Source: Narcine bancroftii (Eukaryota). From it: 64,000 bases of DNA. This document shows, one piece after another, positions 13,393 through 25,399 of this stretch. How positions within the stretch are numbered: position 1 is the stretch's first letter; each line of letters starts with the position of its first letter. Where the stretch lies: contig NC_091471.1 of the NCBI RefSeq assembly GCF_036971445.1, forward strand, positions 297,476,001 through 297,540,000, read 5' to 3'. Below the pieces are notes generated by a model that did no database searches, had not been told where the DNA came from, and saw only the letters and a list, made by a program, of their open reading frames with translations. The translations under genes were made by a program, and so were the position numbers.

Positions 13393-15500
13393 GTAGAAAA
13401 CCTACAGCACTATACAGGTCCTTCGGCCCGCAAAGTTGTGCTGAAACACGTCCCTACTTTAGAAATGACTAGGCTTACCCACAGCCCTCTATTTTTCTAA
13501 GTTCCATGTACCTATCCAAAAGTTTCTTGAAAGATCCCATTGTATCCACCTCCACTACAGTTGCTGGCAGCCCATTCCATGTACTTAATCAACACTCTCT
13601 GTGTAAAGAAATCTACCTGATATCTCCTCTGTACCAACTCCTCAGTTCCTTAAATCTGTGTCCTCTTGTGGCAACCATTCCAGTCCTAGGAAAAAGCCTC
13701 TGACTATCCACACAATCATCATCTATTAGATCACCTCTCATCCTCTGTCACTCAACCTGTTTTCATAAGGCATGCTTCCTAATCCAGGCAACCTCCTTGT
13801 AAATCTCCTCTGCACCCTTTCTATGGGCTCCACATCCTTCTAGTAGTGAGGCAACCAGAACTGCGCACAGTACTCCAAGTGGGGTTTGACCAGGATTCTA
13901 TATCGCTGCAACATTACTTTTTAATTCAATTCCATGTTTAATAAAGCCCAATACACCTTATGGCTTCTTAACCACAGAGTCGACCCGCTCAGCTGCTTTG
14001 AGTGCCCTATGGACTCAGACCCCAAGATCCCTCTGATCCTCCATGCTGCCAATAGTCTTATCATTAATACTATATTCTGCCATCATATTTGACCTACCAA
14101 AATGAACCACTTCACACTTATTTGGGTTGAACTTCATCTGCCACTTCTCAGCCCAATTTTGCATCCAATCAATGTCCTCTGTAACCTCTGACAGCCCCCC
14201 ACACTATCCAAAACCCCCAAACTTTGTGTCATCAGCAAACTTACTAACCTATCGCCCACTTCCTCATCCAGGTCATTTATAAAAATCACGAAGAGTAAGA
14301 GTCTCAGAACAGATCCCTGAGGCACACTGGTCACCGACCTCCATGCCTTCTGTGGTCAAGCCAGTTCTGGATCCAGTTCTTGGATCCTATACCTCCTTAC
14401 TTTCTCAATAAGCCTTGCATAGGGTTCCTTATTAAATGCCTCGCTGAAATCCATATACACTACATCTACTGCTCTTCCTTCATCAATGTATTTAGTCACA
14501 TCATCAAAAATTAAATCAGGCTCGTGAGGCACAAACCTGCCCTTGACAAAGCCATGCTGACCATTGCTAATCATATTATGTCTCTCCAAATGTTCACAAA
14601 TCCTGCCTCAAAAATCTTCTCCATCAACTTTCCAACCACTGAAGTAAGACTCACTAGTCTATAATTTCCTGTGCTACCTCTACTCCCTTTCTTGAATAAA
14701 GGAACAACATTCACAACCCTCCAATCCTCCGGTACCTCTCCCGTCCCCATTGATGATTCAAAGTTCAGCAATCTCCTCCCTCATCTCCCACAGCAGGCTG
14801 GGGTACATCTCATCCAGTCCTAGCAACTTATCCAAAGCTCCAGCGCATCCTCTCTTAATATCTGCATGCTGAAGCTTTTCAGTCTGCTGCAAGTCGTCAC
14901 TACAATCACCAAGATCCTTTTCCATAGTGAACACTGAAGTATTGATGAAATACTTCTGTCATTTCCTTTGGTTCCATACACACTTGATAGGTCCTGTTCT
15001 TTCACGTCTTATCCTCTTGCTCTTCACATACTGTACTTGTAGAATGCCTTGGGGTTTTCCATAATCCTGCCCACCAAGGCTTTCTCATGGCCCCTTCTGG
15101 CTCTCCTAATTTTCCCTTTTAAGATCCTTCCTGTTAACCTTATAATCTTCTAGATCCTTATCATTACCTGGCTCTCTGAACCTTTTGTAAGCTTTTCTTT
15201 CTTTCATGACTAGATTTATTACTGCCTTTGTACACCACGGTTTCGGGTCCCACCATAACTTCCGTCTCATTGGAACATACCTATGCGAACTCCACACAAA
15301 TATCCCCTGAACATTTGCCACATTTCTTCCGTACTTTACCCTGAGAACATCTGTTCCCAATTTAAACTTCCGATCTCCTGCCCGATAGCTTCATAATTCC
15401 CCTAACTTCAATGAAGCACTTTTCTAACCCCTCTGTTCCTATCTCTCCAATGCTGTTGTGAAGGAGACAGATTATAACTATCTCCAAAATGCTCTCCCAG
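13393..15500 (-). mobile_element. Decayed CR1 LINE (ORF2 and 3' end)
   Basis: Minus-strand ORF pieces GEVPEDWRVVNVVPLFKKG, QHGFVKGR, VPQGSVL..FINDLD. Confidence 0.88.
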
Positions 15501-15789
15501 TTGGACTTGCAAACTTATGAATCAGAAAATCATTTTTCAGTGGCTGTACTTTTTGCTTACTGTATTTTTTCATATTCATTAGGCTTTTAAAACTGCAATT
15601 GACCTTTGTAAAATAGATTTCTTTCCTTTTACAGGACTTTCACCCCCCCCAAAAAAAAATTATATCAACAAATTATACAGTGTAGTGCTTTTTCCTATAT
15701 TGCCAACTTATTAGGATAAACTACAGTAATGCCACAATTCATAGTTTCTTTTGCAACTATCAGCGTACCCGAGTACTGCAAGATCAAAA

Positions 15790-16840
15790 CAGATCTGGGG
15801 AATCATTCCTTCCACTGTCATTAGTGACCTGTACAGCCTCTATCCTCAAGGTCCTTCATCACTCAAACTATGCTACCATCAGGAAGGAGGAACAGGAGCC
15901 TGAAGAAAAACATCCAATGGTACAAAAACAGTTTCTATTCCTTTATCATTGATTTCTGAATGGACAATTAATCACAAACACTACCTCACTTTTTCTTTCT
16001 TGGCACTAAATTTTAAAAAAATGTGATTTATAGCAATTTTTTCACACATAATCCTGCCACAAAACAACAAATTTTGTGACATTTTCATGACAATAAATTC
16101 CAGTCACTCTGCATCTATTCTGACAAAGGGCTGCAGATTGACTCAACTTCTCCCCTCCACAGCTGGTGTCCAATCTGCCAAGTGTCTCCCACAATTTGTT
16201 TTTAGAAACCAAGTTGGTGGCCATTTGGCCCATCCTGTCTGTTCCACCATTCAATAAGATCGTGGCTGATCTGGCTCTGGACTCAACTCCACTTTCCTAC
16301 CCATTTCCTAGGCCCTTCTGGCCTAAGAAACCGATTGCTCCCTTGTGACCAATTAACCTACCAACTCTGTAAGTCTAAGGAATGTGGGAGGAAGCCAGAG
16401 CACCCGGAGGAAACCCAAGGGGAGAACAGACAAACTCCTTACAGAAAGCAGTGAATTGAATCCCAGTCACCGGTGCTGTAATAGCGTTGCACCTACTGTG
16501 CTACCCTGATTTTTTCAAATTCAAATATCTATCTGTATGTTACTTGAAAACTTATACAGGTATACCATAGAGAGGATTGTGTCTGGTTGCACCATTGCCT
16601 GGTCTGGAGGTGTCAATGCTCAGGACAGGAAAAAAACTACAGACACTTGTTAACTCAGCCTGCAATCCCAGGGGGACCCTATTGAGGACGGTTCTCAAAA
16701 AAGCAGCCTCTATCCCCAAGGACCCCACCACCCAGGCCATGCCTTCTTCACTCTGATATCATCAGGGAAAAAGTACAGGAGCCTGAAGATGAGCACTCAA
16801 CGGCACAAGGACAGCTTCTTCCCCATTGCTATCAGATTAA
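15790..16840. mobile_element. Cluster of Rex1 3' fragments (15790-16100, 16560-16840) and a V-SINE (16340-16505)
   Basis: aaggaccccaccacccaggccatgccttc...ggacagcttcttccc (KDPHHPGHA..DSFFP); SINE core gggaggaagccagagcacccggaggaaaccca. Confidence 0.6.
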
Positions 16841-16902
16841 TCAATTGACCAAAGGCACGCCCTTACTTTTTGTGCACGATTATATTTTTTATAGGAATGA
16901 TT

Positions 16903-17985
16903 CTCTCCTCACACCCGTCCCCCCTCGTCCTCTCCTCACACCCGCCCCCCTCGTCCCCTCCTCACACCCGCCCCCCTCGTCCCCTCCTCACACCCGCCCC
17001 CCTCGTCCCCTCCTCACACCCGCCCCCCTCGTCCCCTCCTCACACCCGCCCCCCTCGTCCCCTCCTCACACCCGCCCCCCTCGTCCCCTCCTCACACCCG
17101 CCCCCCTCGTCCCCTCCTCACACCCGCCCCCCTCGTCCCCTCCTCACACCCGCCCCCCTCGTCCCCTCCTCACACCCGCCCCCCTCGTCCCCTCCTCACA
17201 CCCGCCCCCCTCGTCCCCTCCTCACACCCGCCCCCCTCGTCCCCTCCTCACACCCGCCCCCCTCGTCCCCTCCTCACACCCGCCCCCCTCGTCCCCTCCT
17301 CACACCCGCCCCCCTCGTCCCCTCCTCACACCCGCCCCCCTCGTCCCCTCCTCACACCCGCCCCCCTCGTCCCCTCCTCACACCCGCCCCCCTCGTCCCC
17401 TCCTCACACCCGCCCCCCTCGTCCCCTCCTCACACCCGCCCCCCTCGTCCCCTCCTCACACCCGCCCCCCTCGTCCCCTCCTCACACCCGCCCCCCTCGT
17501 CCCCTCCTCACACTCGCCCCCCTCGTCCTCTCCTCACACTCGCCCCCCTCGTCCTCTCCTCACACTCGCCCCCCTCGTCCTCTCCTCACACTCGCCCCCC
17601 TCGTCCTCTCCTCACACTCGCCCCCCCGTCCTCTCCTCACACGCCCCCCTCGTCCTCTCCTCACACTCGCCCCCCTCGTCCTCTCCTCACACTCGCCCCC
17701 CTCGTCCTCTCCTCACACTCGCCCCCCTCGTCCTCTCCTCACACTCGCCCCCCTCGTCCTCTCCTCACACTCGCCCCCCTCGTCCTCTCCTCACACTCGC
17801 CCCCCTCGTCCTCTCCTCACACTCGCCCCCCTCGTCCTCTCCTCACACCCGCCCCCCTCGTCCTCTCCTCACACTCACCCCCCTCAAACTCTCCTCACAC
17901 CCACCCCCCTCGTCCTCTCCTCACACCCACCCCCCTCGACCTCTCCTCACACCCACCCCCCCCCCGTCCTCTCCTCACCCTCTCC
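16903..17985. repeat. 26-bp C-rich minisatellite, ~41 copies
   Basis: Unit cacacccgcccccctcgtcccctcct; switches to cacactcgcccccctcgtcctctcct from ~17510. Confidence 0.97.
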
Positions 17986-18289
17986 TCTTGTCCATCCTGC
18001 CTCAGCAACCCCCACCTCCTTCACCCCTATCCTCTCCCCCCACTCCCCCAGACTTGGACACTATGACTACGGCCCTAGGCTGTTCCATCTCCTCATTCTG
18101 CCCCTCATTTGGGGAGCCTTGTGTTCCCCTCCACCACCCCCTCTCGTCAGTGCTGCGTGAGGATGGGGAACCGGCCCCAGGGCCTCAGCGCCCTCCCGCT
18201 AAGGACCTCCCTCCCGGGGCTCCTGGCCCCTGGGGCGTAGCATTCGCCCAACCCAGACCGCACACCTCCCTCTCCCGACGGACCGTTAC

Positions 18290-18370
18290 CTGACTTGAAC
18301 CGGCCGTCAGCGTCAGCCCCCTCGCCGGTCACTTATCGCGGGGCCCCACCGGCCGCTCTCACACCCAGGC
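18290..18370 (-). other. MOB3A: Candidate non-coding first exon of MOB3A (5' end uncertain)
   Basis: Donor CAG|gtaacg at 18289 inside a CpG-rich island; the first coding exon opens with a splice acceptor, so an upstream exon is required. Confidence 0.6.
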
Positions 18371-18384
18371 TCCCGCCGACTGGC

Positions 18385-18460
18385 GCCTGACTGCGCAGGT
18401 GCTCCCGCCACCGGGCATGCCGGGAGAAGTAGTTCCCCCGTTCCGGCCAGTTGCAACAAA
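18385..18460 (-). promoter_or_regulatory. MOB3A CpG-island promoter: ZNF143/THAP11 SBS-like motif and NRF1-like site
   Basis: Minus strand 18436-18415 GGAACTACTTCTCCCGGCATGC resembles ACTACAnnTCCCAnnATGC; ctgcgcaggtgc at 18391-18402. Confidence 0.6.
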
Positions 18461-18519
18461 GGCGTTGGCCAGGTTGAGCTGTGTGTGGTAATGGGTCGGT
18501 GACCCGGGTAGAACTGGGA

Positions 18520-21500
18520 GTAGTAACGGGCCGGTCTCCCACTTGGAACTGGATGCAGGAAGGGCTATGTCTTGGGGAGAAGTAGGTGCAGTAACGGGCC
18601 GGTCTCCCACTTGGAACTGGGTGCAGGAAGGGCTGTGTCTTGGGGAGAAGGGCGTGTTGTAACAGGCTGGTGTCCCACTTGGAACTGGGGACAGGAAGGG
18701 CTGTGTCTTGGGGAGAAGGGCGTGTAGTAACAGGCTGGTGTCCCACTTGGAACTGGGGACAGGAAGGGCTGTGTCTTGGGTAGAAGGGCGTGTAGTAACA
18801 GGCTGGTGTCCCACTTGGAACGGTGCAGGAAGGGCTGTGTCTTGGGGAGAAGGGTGTATAGTAACAGGCTGTTGTCCCACTTGGAACTGGGTGCAGGAAG
18901 GGCTGTGTCTTGGGGAGAAGGGCGTGTAGTAACAAGCTGGTGTCCCACTTGGAACTGGGTACAGGAAGGGCTGTGTCTTGGGGAGAAGTAGGTGCAGTAA
19001 CGGGCCGGTCTCCCACTTGGAACTGGGTGCAGGAAGGGGTGTGTCTTGGGGAGAAGTAGGTGCAGTAACGGGCCGGTCTCCCACTTGGAACTGGGTGCAG
19101 GAAGGGCTGTGTCTTGGGGAGAAGGGCGTGTAGTAACAGGCTGGTGTCCCACTTGGAACTGTGGACAGGAAGGGCTGTGTCTTGGGGAGAAGGGCGTGTA
19201 GTAACAGGCTGGTGCCCCACTTGGAACTGGATGCAGGAAGGGCTATGTCTTGGGGAGAAGTAGGTGCAGTAACGGGCCGGTCTCCCACTTGGAACTGGGG
19301 ACAGGAAGGGCTGTGTCTTGGGGAGAAGGGCGTGTAGTAACAGGCTGGTGTCCCACTTGGAACTGGGGACAGGAAGGGCTGTATCTTGGGGAGAAGGGCG
19401 TGTAGTAACAGGCTGGTGTCCCACTTGGAACTGGGTACAGGAAGGGCTGTGTCTTGGGGAGAAGGGCGTGTAGTAACAGGCTGGTGTCCCACTTGGAACG
19501 GTGCAGGAAGGGCTGTGTCTTGGGGAGAAGGGTGTATAGTAACAGGCTGTTGTCCCACTTGGAACTGGGTGCAGGAAGGGCTGTGTCTTGGGGAGAAGGG
19601 CGTGTAGTAACAAGCTGGTGTCCCACTTGGAACTGGGTACAGGAAGGGCTGTGTCTTGGGGAGAAGTAGGTGCAGTAACGGGCCGGTCTCCCACTTGGAA
19701 CTGGGTGCAGGAAGGGCTGTGTCTTGGGGAGAAGTAGGTGCAGTAACGGGCCGGTCTCCCACTTGGAACTGGGTGCAGGAAGGGCTGTGTCTTGGGGAGA
19801 AGGGCGTGTAGTAACAGGCTGGTGTCCCACTTGGAACTGGGGACAGGAAGGGCTGTGTCTTGGGGAGAAGGGTGTGTAGTAACAGGCTGGTGCCCCACTT
19901 GGAACTGGGTGCAGGAAGGGCTATGTCTTGGGGAGAAGTAGGTGCAGTAACGGGCCGTTCTCCCACTTGGAACTGGGTCCAGGAAGGGCTGTGTCTTGGG
20001 GAGAAGGGCGTGTAGTAACAGGCTGGTGTCCCACTTGGAACTGGGTACAGGAAGGGCTGTGTCTTGGGGAGAAGTAGGTGCAGTAACGGGCCGGTCTCCC
20101 ACTTGGAACTGGGTGCAGGAAGGGCTGTGTCTTGGGGAGAAGGGCGTGTAGTAACAGGCTGGTGCCCCACTTGGAACTGGGTGCAGGAAGGGCTATGTCT
20201 TGGGGAGAAGTAGGTGCAGTAACGGGCCGGTCTCCCACTTGGAACTGGGAGCAGGAAGGGCTGTGTCTTGGGGAGAAGGGCGTGTAGTAACAGGCTGGTG
20301 TCCCACTTGGAACTGGGGACAGGAAGGGCTGTGTCTTGGGGAGAAGGGCGTGTAGTAACAGGCTGGTGTCCCACTTGGAACTGGGTACAGGAAGGGCTGT
20401 GTCTTGGGGAGAAGGGTGTATAGTAACAGGCTGGTGTCCCACTTGGAACTGGGTGCAGGAAGGGCTGTGTCTTGGGGAGAAGGGCGTGTAGTAACAAGCT
20501 GGTGTCCCACTTGGAACTGGGTACAGGAAGGGCTGTGTCTTGGGGAGAAGTAGGTGCAGTAACGGGCCGGTCTCCCACTTGGAACTGGGTGCAGGAAGGG
20601 CTGTGTCTTGGGGAGAAGGGCGTGTAGTAACAGGCTGGTGTCCCACTTGGAACTGGGTACAGGAAGGGCTGTGTCTTGGGGAGAAGGGCGTGTAGCAACA
20701 GGCTGGTGTCCCACTTGGAACTGGGTACAGGAAGGGCTGTGTCTTGGGGAGAAGTAGGTGCAGTAACGGGCCGGTCTCCCACTTGGAACTGGGTGCAGGA
20801 AGGGCTGTGTCTTGGGGAGAAGTGGGTGCAGTAATGGGCTGTTGTCCCATTTGGAACAGGGTGCAGGAAGGGCTGTGTCTTGGGGAGAAGGGCGTGTAGT
20901 GACAGGCTGGTGTCCCACTTGGAACTGGGTACAGGAAGGGCTGTGTCTTGGGGAGAAGGGCGTGTAGTAACAGGCTGGTGTCCCACTTGGAACTGGGTAC
21001 AGGAAGGGCTGTGTCTTGGGGAGAAGGGCGTGTAGTAACAGGCTGGTGTCTCACTTGGAACTGGGTACAGGAAATGCTGTGTCTTGGGGAGAAGTGGGTG
21101 CAGTAACGGCGCGGTGTCCCACTTGCAACTGGGTACAGCAAGGGCTGTGTCTTGGGGAGAAGTGGGTGCAGTAATGGGCTAGTGTCCCATTTGGAACAGG
21201 GTGCAGGAAGGGCTGTGTCTTGGGGAGAAGTAGGTGCAGTAACAGGCTGGTGTCCCACTTGGAACTGGGTGCAGGAAGGGCTGTGTCTTGGGGAGAAGGG
21301 CGTGTAGTAACAAGCTGGTGTCCCACTTGGAACTGGGTACAGGAAGGGCTGTGTCTTGGGGAGAAGTAGGTGCAGTAACGGGCCGGTCTCCCACTTGGAA
21401 CTGGGTGCAGGAAAAGTTGTGGCTTGGGGAGAAGGGCGTGTAGTAACAGGATGGTGTCCCACTTGGAACTGGGTACAGGAAGGGCTGTGTCTTGGGGAGA

Positions 21501-23660
21501 AGTGGGTGCAGTAATGGCTGTTGTCCCATTTGGAACAGGGTGCAGGAAGGGCTGTGTCTTGGGGAGAAGTTGGTGCAGTCATGGGCTGTTGTCCCATTTG
21601 GAACAGGGTGCGGGAAGGGCGTGTAGTGACAGGTTGGTGTCCCACTTGGAACTGGGTACAGGAAGGGCTGTGACTTGGGGAGAAGGGCTTGTAGTAACAG
21701 GCTGGTGTCCCACTTGGAACTGGGTACAGGAAGGGCTGTGTCTTGGGAGAAGGGCGTGTAGTAACAGGCTGGTGTCCCACTTGGAACTGGGTACAGGAAG
21801 TGCTGTGTCTTGGGGAGAAGTGGGTGCAGTAACGGCGCAGTGTCCCACTTGCAACTGGGTACAGCAAGGGCTGTGTCTTGGGGAGAAGGGCGTGTAGTAA
21901 CAGGCTGGTGTCCCACTTGGAACTGGGTACAGGAAGGGCTGTGTCTTGGGGAGAAGGGCGTGTAGTAACGGGCCGGTCTCCCACTTGGAACTGGGTGGAG
22001 GAAGGGCTGTGTCTTGGGGAGAAGTGGGTGCAGTAATGGGCTGTTGTCCCATTTGGAACGGGGTCCAGGAAGGGCTGTGTCTTGGGGAGAAGGGCGTGTA
22101 GTAACAGGCTGGTGTCCCACTTGAAACTGGGTACAGGAAGGGCTGTGTCTTGGGGAGAAGTGGGTGCAGTAACGGGCCGGTGTCCCACTTGGAACTGGGT
22201 GCAGGAAGGGTTGTGTCTTGGGGAGAAGGGCGTGTAGTAACAGGCTGGTGCCCCACTTGGAACTGGGTACAGGAAGGGCTGTGTCTTGGGGAGAAGTAGG
22301 TGCAGTAACGGGCTCGTGTCCCACTTGGAACTGGGTGCAGGAAGGCCTGTGTCTTGGGGAGAATGGTGTGTAGTAACAGGCTGGTGTCCCACTTGGAACT
22401 GGGTACAGAAGGGCTGTGTCTTGGGGAGAAGTAGGTGCAGTAACGGGCCGGTGTCCCACTTGGAACTGGGTGCAGGAAGGGCTGTGTCTTGGGGAGAAGG
22501 GCGTGTAGTAACAGGCTGGTGCCCCACTTGGAACTGGGTACAGGAAGGGCTGTGTCTTGGGGAGAAGTGGGTGCAGTAACAGGCTGGTGTCCCACTTGGA
22601 ACTGGGTACAGGAAGTGCTGTGTCTTGGGGAGAAGTGGGTGCAGTAACGGCGCGGAGTCCCACTTGCAACTGGGTACAGCAAGGGCTGTGTCTTGGGGAG
22701 AAGTGGGTGCAGTAATGGGCTAGTGTGCCATTTGGAACAGGGTGCAGGAAGGGCTGTGTCTTGGGGAGAAGGGCGTGTAGTAACAGGATGGTGTCCCACT
22801 TGAAACTGGGTACAGGAAGGGCTGTGTCTTGGGGAGAAGTGGGTGCAGTAATGGGCTGTTGTCCCATTTGGAACAGGGTCCAGGAAGGGCTGTGTCTTGG
22901 GTAGAAGGGCGTGTAGTAACAGGCTGGTGTCCCAGTTGGAACTGGGTGCAGGAAGGTCTGTGTCTTGGGTGAAGGGTGTGTAGTAACAGACCGGTGTCCC
23001 ACTTGGAACTGGGTACAGAAGGGCTGTGTCTTGGGGAGAAGTGGGTGCAGTAACGGCACGGTGTCCCACTTGCAACTGGGTCCAGGAAGGGCTGTGTCTT
23101 GGGGAGAAGGGCGTGTAGTAACAGGCTGGTGTTCCACTTGAAACTGGGTACAGGAAAGGCTGTGTCTTGGGGAGAAGTGGGTGCAGTAACGGGCTGGTGA
23201 CCCACTTGGAACTGGGTACAGGAAGGGCTGTGTCTTGGGGAGAAGTGGGTGCATCAACGGGCCAGTGACCCACTTGGGACTGGGTGCAGGAAGTGCTGTG
23301 TCTTGTGGAGAAGTGGCTGCAGTAATGGGCCGGTGTCCCACTTTGAACTGGGTGCAGTAAAGGCTGTGTCTTGGGGAGAAGTGGGTGCAGTAACGGGGCA
23401 GTGTCCCACTTGGAACTGGGTGCAGGAAGGGCTGTGTCTTGTGGAGAAGTGGCTGCAGTAATGGGCCAGTGTCCCACTTTGAACTGGGTGCAGTAAAGGC
23501 TGTGTCTTGGGAAGAAGTGGGTGCCCTAATGGGCCAGTTTCCCACTTGGAACTGGGTGCAGTAAAGGCTGTGTCTTGGGGAGAAGTTGGTGCATCAACAG
23601 GCCAGTGACCCACTTGGAACTGGGTGCAGGAAGTGCTGTGTCTTGGGGAGCTGTGGGTGT
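18520..23660. repeat. 68-bp satellite array, ~75 units, two main unit types and a 678-bp higher-order repeat
   Basis: Unit acttggaactgggtgcaggaagggctgtgtcttggggagaag[ggcgtgtagtaacaggctggtgtccc | taggtgcagtaacgggccggtctccc]. Confidence 0.98.
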
Positions 23661-23664
23661 AGGG

Positions 23665-24150
23665 GCATGAGTATAAAAGTGGGAATGTTCTGATGCAACT
23701 TTTCAGGTCTCATGTCACCTCATGCCTAGCTTTGGCCTCCATATTTTAGGATTTACTGTTTATATTACATTGGAGGCAGTGAAGAGGTTCTTTCTGATTG
23801 GATTTGGGAATGAAGGCTGGTTGATCCTATCACCATTGGAGCTTAGTAGAATGGGTGTAAGAATATTCTGAAAGGAATATTTCCGTTTGTAGGTGAGACT
23901 GGAAAGGGGGACATATTTGGGGAGCAGATTTATGTCAGAGGTGAAGATGGACAGCTTCTCTGAGAGTAATCAATCTATAGAATCCTCTGACCGAAGGAAG
24001 CAGTGGAGGCTATCTGACTGAATCTTTTTAAGGTAGTAGCCATGGGTTTTTGAATCGGAGCAGAATGAAGGGTTTTTGGATACATGGAAGTCCGCTATCA
24101 GATCAGACACGATGTCATTGAATATTTGAGCTGAACTATTTTACTGGCTC
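23665..24150 (+). mobile_element. Highly decayed CR1 3' fragment
   Basis: gagtataaaagtgggaatgttctgatgcaac (EYKSGNVLMQ), gcagtggaggct, gatcagacacgatgtcattgaat. Confidence 0.5.
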
Positions 24151-24159
24151 ATCTCACTG

Positions 24160-24760
24160 ACCAGCACCCAGGAGGGGAATTGAGGGTTCTTGTTCATCCA
24201 ATGTTGATGAAAACCTCGTCACCATTAGTTACTTTGTTGCTCTGGACTTGTGCAGCTTGCAGGTATCTTGTGCTTTAACAGTGCAGCTTGTTTCGTAAGC
24301 TCGATAGCTTATGTGGATGCAGTTTTGTGCGAGTATTTCTCAGGTGGCCACGAGTATGCCAATGAACTTCAGGGAAGCCTTTAGTGTGTCTTTGTAACAT
24401 TTTTTTCTGCCCTCCATGTGAGCATCTACCAATAGAGTTTCCCAAAAAGGAGTTACTTGGGTATGTGCAGTCTGGCACACAGATGACCCCACCGGGTCTG
24501 TGCTCTCATCAACAGTGTGTGGACAGATGGTAGACTTGCTCTAGAGAACTTCAGTGCCTGGTACTTTGTCTTACCATCTGATGCCTAATATTTTGCAAAT
24601 TATATGAAAATGATTGAGCTGTCTTGCATGCCTTCAATATAATCCATGGTTCACAGGCATACAGGAGTGTAGTGACTACCACAGCTCTTTAGACCTTCAG
24701 TATTGGATAGTGAGGGAGGTGGCCTGGGCTCAGAGCAATGAGATTAAGCAGAAAAATAGT
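24160..24760 (-). mobile_element. RTE-clade LINE C-terminal fragment
   Basis: Minus strand GHL..MPD....GRCSHGGQKK..KDTLKASLK across frames. Confidence 0.6.
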
Positions 24761-25399
24761 TTAAGCACATACCAGCAGAGCCAGAGCTTTTTTCTGTGCT
24801 AATAGTGTTCTATGGCCAGTTGGCAGAATCTTGCTGCTTTTTCTTGTGTTCTTTTGATCTTACTGAAACAGACACGCTTCAAAGTGGAATTTTATAAGTG
24901 TGATGCTAAGAACCAATAAGCGATTTCCAAATCCAGAAGCCAAAGTTTTTAAAAAGGTGCTACCCATCGAGACATTTCTCCTCCAGCGTGTCCTCTGGAG
25001 AACTGCAGAGCCAGTTTGAAAATGCAATGCTGGAGAAATTCAGCAGGTCAGTGTGGGGATGCTGGTAGCATTGACCGTCTCTGGCTCAGTGGAGTAAAGG
25101 CACTGGAGATCCATTTAAGTTTCTGGTTCTATGCGATTTCAAAACTCTCAAAAACAATCAGTCAGAAAAAATTGCTATTTGTAAGCATTGTAACACATTT
25201 TTGATTTCTTTTTCTTGATTCTATTAATCTCTTGGAACTGCAGTTTGTTTGGTGTCATGCTTGTACGCTGGTAAATTTGATGACTTGACAACCTGTAAAC
25301 ATTACAATTAGTCATATTACCTAACACCAATCTAAGATTTTCAACAGCTTTACTCATTTCTATTGAGTATCAGAAGGTTCATTCACTATTATTACAGGA

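Noticed and set aside
16845-18293. 482-aa and 398-aa proline-rich, extensin-like ORFs
   Set aside because: Translations of the 26-bp C-rich minisatellite, antisense to MOB3A
18333-23613. Very long minus-strand ORFs (589-875 aa) in all three frames
   Set aside because: The 68-bp consensus has no stop triplet on that strand; unit length is not a multiple of 3, all frames give the same cyclic peptide, and frameshifting indels are tolerated, so there is no sign of coding constraint
18520-23660. CRISPR-like pattern (constant ~42 bp plus variable ~26 bp)
   Set aside because: The variable parts are two related sequence types with point variants, not unique spacers; vertebrate context and no cas genes
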